From Desulfobacterales bacterium (lineage in GTDB: Bacteria > Desulfobacterota > Desulfobacteria > Desulfobacterales > UBA5616), in contig JAWODC010000064.1 of the NCBI GenBank assembly GCA_046483495.1, positions 1 through 64,000 on the forward strand: a stretch of DNA of 64,000 nt, in the 5' to 3' direction. Below are positions 61,210 to 64,000 of the stretch, in pieces. The notes beneath the pieces were generated by a model. The model was given only the letters and a program-made list of their open reading frames with translations. It did not search any database and was not told where the DNA came from. The position numbers and the translations under genes are program-made. Each line of letters opens with the position of its first letter. The stretch's first letter is position 1.

Positions 61210-61938
61210 GATCCGCGACACAAACGCCGGCTTTCCGCTCGTCTCGTTTTTGCCCATGATGTCCCACAAGCCCCTCTCCTGATGGGACTCGATGACGAGC
61301 TCCACCTCATCCTTTTCAAATATCTCCGAAAGATAAGTCATTTGCAGGTGCCGAACCCGCCTCGGCCTCTCGGATATCAGGTGATGTGCATCGACGGCCC
61401 ACCTGACACATTCCGTATTGTTTACATGACCGTTTGCGTCCAGTGAACTGTACAATACGGGGAATCGATGGACGGAGTTTCCCGAAAGCAAGGGTTTGAG
61501 GCGGTTTAATTTGTCTGCGAAGACGGTCTCGGCCGATGCGGGGATATTCAAATCGAAAGCGGTAAGCTTCATCGGTTTTCGATTTTCTGTATGCATGATA
61601 AGCCATTCCGAACCGGCTTTCAGCAGTTTTTTCCCATCCTTGAGCGATACGGCGAATTCTCTTTGGGCGATAAGCCGGTTTTGCAGGCTGGGCCATGTTC
61701 TGACTTCAAAAACATCGGAATAAACGGGAAAGTCATACACCGCCATTTTGATGTTATACAGCACCCAGCACGAATGTGAATGCTTAAGAACCGCTGCACC
61801 ACAGCCCAGCGCCTCGGCATGAGACACAGCCGTCTCCTGGAGATATTTCACCATGGCATGCAAATGAATTCTACCGTCAGGCCGGCATTCATGCGATTTC
61901 ACTGAATAGGAATACGAAAGTATACAATGCCTTTTCAT
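61192..61938 (-). CDS. Acyl-ACP/acyl-CoA thioesterase
   Basis: LQE.A..H, TWP, LDANGHVNN. Confidence 0.85.
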   Translation of the reverse strand: MKRHCILSYSYSVKSHECRPDGRIHLHAMVKYLQETAVSHAEALGCGAAVLKHSHSCWVLYNIKMAVYDFPVYSDVFEVRTWPSLQNRLIAQREFAVSLKDGKKLLKAGSEWLIMHTENRKPMKLTAFDLNIPASAETVFADKLNRLKPLLSGNSVHRFPVLYSSLDANGHVNNTECVRWAVDAHHLISERPRRVRHLQMTYLSEIFEKDEVELVIESHQERGLWDIMGKNETSGKPAFVSRILSFDT

Positions 61939-62166
61939 GGTTCAGGTCCGCGACAAAATGAACGCGGCTTTCGTTTTTTCATCGAAGGACCGAGCGGCTT
62001 GGCCGTTTGCCGGCTCGGGTGACCCAAACCTACCACATGTCATCGAGATACAAAACAAAAATTCCATTTCCAGCTTCGGGCTCATGGTGCAACAGTTCAG
62101 GCATCATTATATGTCGAACGGCCCAAACCGTGTTGTCATGAAGACCGATCGTTAAATCAATAACGC

Positions 62167-62195
62167 TTGACACATTAAACGAAGACTCCTATATC
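62167..62195 (+). promoter_or_regulatory. Candidate promoter of the ACAD-phosphotransferase unit
   Basis: TTGACA-N17-TATATC. Confidence 0.4.
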
Positions 62196-62464
62196 TTTTC
62201 ATTGGAAATCTAAGGGCTTTCTCGATGCATGGTTTTCCGAACGGATGGATATCGTCCGGTGCACGAAAACTTCCGGGTTTCAGCCCTCATAAGCGGAAGA
62301 ACGGTAAATCCCATGTTCTTTTTACAACATTCCGACACTTTAAAATACCCGTTTACAGCATCAGGTGTGCATAGGCTCGAACATAGCCGCCGCAACCGAA
62401 TCGATGGGCAACCGCAGGCCGTTTGCATTAGACGGCATATAACCTTTAGCGGAAGGAGGCCAGA

Positions 62465-63730
62465 ATGGACTTTGATATTCCAAAAGAAATCGCCGATTAC
62501 CTGAATGAACTGGACGAATTCATTGAACGTGAAATCAAGCCCTTAGAACGTCAGGATGACAATATCCGCTTTTTCGACTACCGGCGGGAAAATGAACGCA
62601 CGGACTGGGACAGGGGCGGTCTGCCCAGCGAAAATTGGGAGGCCTTGCTGGCGGAAGCCCGGCGGCGGGCCGATGCCGCAGGGCATTACCGATATCCCTT
62701 CCCGGAAGAATACGGCGGCAGGAACGGGACCAATCTCGGCATGGCCATCATTCGTGAACATCTCGCTGCCAAGGGTCTGGGGCTTCACAACGATCTTCAA
62801 AACGAGCACTCCATCGTAGGCAACAATGTGGGGCTGCTCCTGATGATCGAATACGGCACCGAATCCCAGAAAGAAAAATGGATCGACGATCTGGCCGATG
62901 GAAAAACCGCCTTCGCTTTCGGCATAACCGAACCCAACCATGGTTCGGATGCAACTCATATGGAAACCGTTGCCGTCAGAGACGGTGACGACTGGGTCAT
63001 CAATGGAGAAAAAACCTGGAACACCGGCGTTCACAGGGCTCCCTACGATCTGGTGTTCGCCCGCACAAGCGGAAAAGCCGGAGATGCAAAAGGCATCACG
63101 GCGTTTTTAACACCGATGAATGCCCCCGGGGTCAAGGTGGAACAGATGCTCTGGACGTTCAACATGCCGACCGACCACGGGCACGTATCGTTTACGGATG
63201 TTCGGGTCCCGGATGACGCCATTTTCGGCGGAGAAGGCCGTGGACTGATGGTGGTGCAGCATTTTTTCAACGAAAACCGCATTCGTCAGGCCGCATCCAG
63301 TCTGGGAGCCGCCCAGTACTGCATCAACGAGTCGGTCAAATATGCCAAGGAACGAAAACCTTTCGGCAAACCCCTTGCCGTGAACCAGGGGATTCAATTT
63401 CCCTTGGTCGAGCTGCAGACCCAATGCGAGATGGTCCGGGCGCTGATTCATAAGACCGCCTGGATGATGGATAAATACGGGGCCTTTTCAGTATCGGACA
63501 AGGTCTCCATGTGCAACTACTGGGCCAACCGGCTTTGCTGCCAAGCGGCGGACACCGCCATGCAGGTGCACGGCGGTATCGGGTATTCCCGGTACAAACC
63601 GTTTGAGCATATCTACCGGCATCATCGGCGCTACCGAATCACCGAAGGCGCGGAGGAAATCCAAATGCGTCGGGTTGCCGGTTACATGTTCGGCTTTATG
63701 AAACAGCAAAAACCAAAAGGCGTGGAGTAG
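62465..63730 (+). CDS. Acyl-CoA dehydrogenase
   Basis: GITEPNHGSDA, INGEK.W, QVHGG.G, RITEGAEEIQ. Confidence 0.92.
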   Translation: MDFDIPKEIADYLNELDEFIEREIKPLERQDDNIRFFDYRRENERTDWDRGGLPSENWEALLAEARRRADAAGHYRYPFPEEYGGRNGTNLGMAIIREHLAAKGLGLHNDLQNEHSIVGNNVGLLLMIEYGTESQKEKWIDDLADGKTAFAFGITEPNHGSDATHMETVAVRDGDDWVINGEKTWNTGVHRAPYDLVFARTSGKAGDAKGITAFLTPMNAPGVKVEQMLWTFNMPTDHGHVSFTDVRVPDDAIFGGEGRGLMVVQHFFNENRIRQAASSLGAAQYCINESVKYAKERKPFGKPLAVNQGIQFPLVELQTQCEMVRALIHKTAWMMDKYGAFSVSDKVSMCNYWANRLCCQAADTAMQVHGGIGYSRYKPFEHIYRHHRRYRITEGAEEIQMRRVAGYMFGFMKQQKPKGVE

Positions 63731-63809
63731 ATCTTTACATGAATGAATCGGCCGAATAAAAGGGGCCCGGTTAACCGGGGATGCCGTTGTGTTTACGAGG
63801 ATGAAATAA

Positions 63810-64000
63810 ATGAGTGAGGAAAAAAAGGCAGTCGAAATCAAACCGGATGTGACAGAGGCGGTTCAGGCAGCCCTTGCCCGAAGAATCGACGGATTTGAAG
63901 CGGTGGTCTCGTGTGACCGGTTGTCCGGCGGCGCCAGCCAGGAAACCTATCGCATTGTCATCAGGACCAGGGATGGTGAGCAGAAGCTTGCCATGCGGCG
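63810..64000 (+). CDS. APH-family phosphotransferase, N-terminal part (runs off the window)
   Basis: MSEEKK...DRLSGGASQETYRI...KLAMR. Confidence 0.65.
   Translation, partial: MSEEKKAVEIKPDVTEAVQAALARRIDGFEAVVSCDRLSGGASQETYRIVIRTRDGEQKLAMR

Noticed and set aside
1..64000. Selenocysteine/pyrrolysine read-through, tRNA, rRNA, CRISPR array
   Set aside because: No redox gene appears split at a Cys-equivalent stop, and no such RNA or repeat-spacer pattern was seen by eye.

Overview
Gene-dense chromosomal window from an anaerobic deltaproteobacterium. Desulfobacterales-like (sulfate reducer or syntroph) is inferred from gene content. Left to right it holds: a truncated lytic transglycosylase at the left edge; redox/stress genes (ferritin-like protein, HcpR-type Crp/Fnr, ArsR plus a CoA-disulfide reductase-rhodanese-TusA-DsrE fusion); a Wood-Ljungdahl CODH/ACS cluster (CoA-transferase/GNAT, RACo, acsD-cooS-acsB-acsC-acsE, DUF3786); a housekeeping block (csp, era, engB, hisG/I, PBP1A, rnc, dksA, hemA/ccsA/sirC); an Fo-only ATP synthase operon; clpB; a FAD/Fe-S oxidoreductase cluster; and acyl-CoA catabolic genes. 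The standout is the Fo operon. It encodes a normal 82-aa c subunit with a two-carboxylate Na+-type signature plus a 324-aa four-hairpin c subunit whose two inner hairpins lack the ion-binding carboxylates in a structurally coherent pattern, predicting a hybrid rotor with two adjacent dead sites. Other items of note: a CoA-transferase lacking its catalytic Glu fused to a Pat-type GNAT, an AcsD with a ~200-aa tether, a candidate ~113-nt structured RNA, and a 142-bp MITE-like family. No rRNA, tRNA, CRISPR array or transposase was seen. Product calls come from motif recognition, not database searches.
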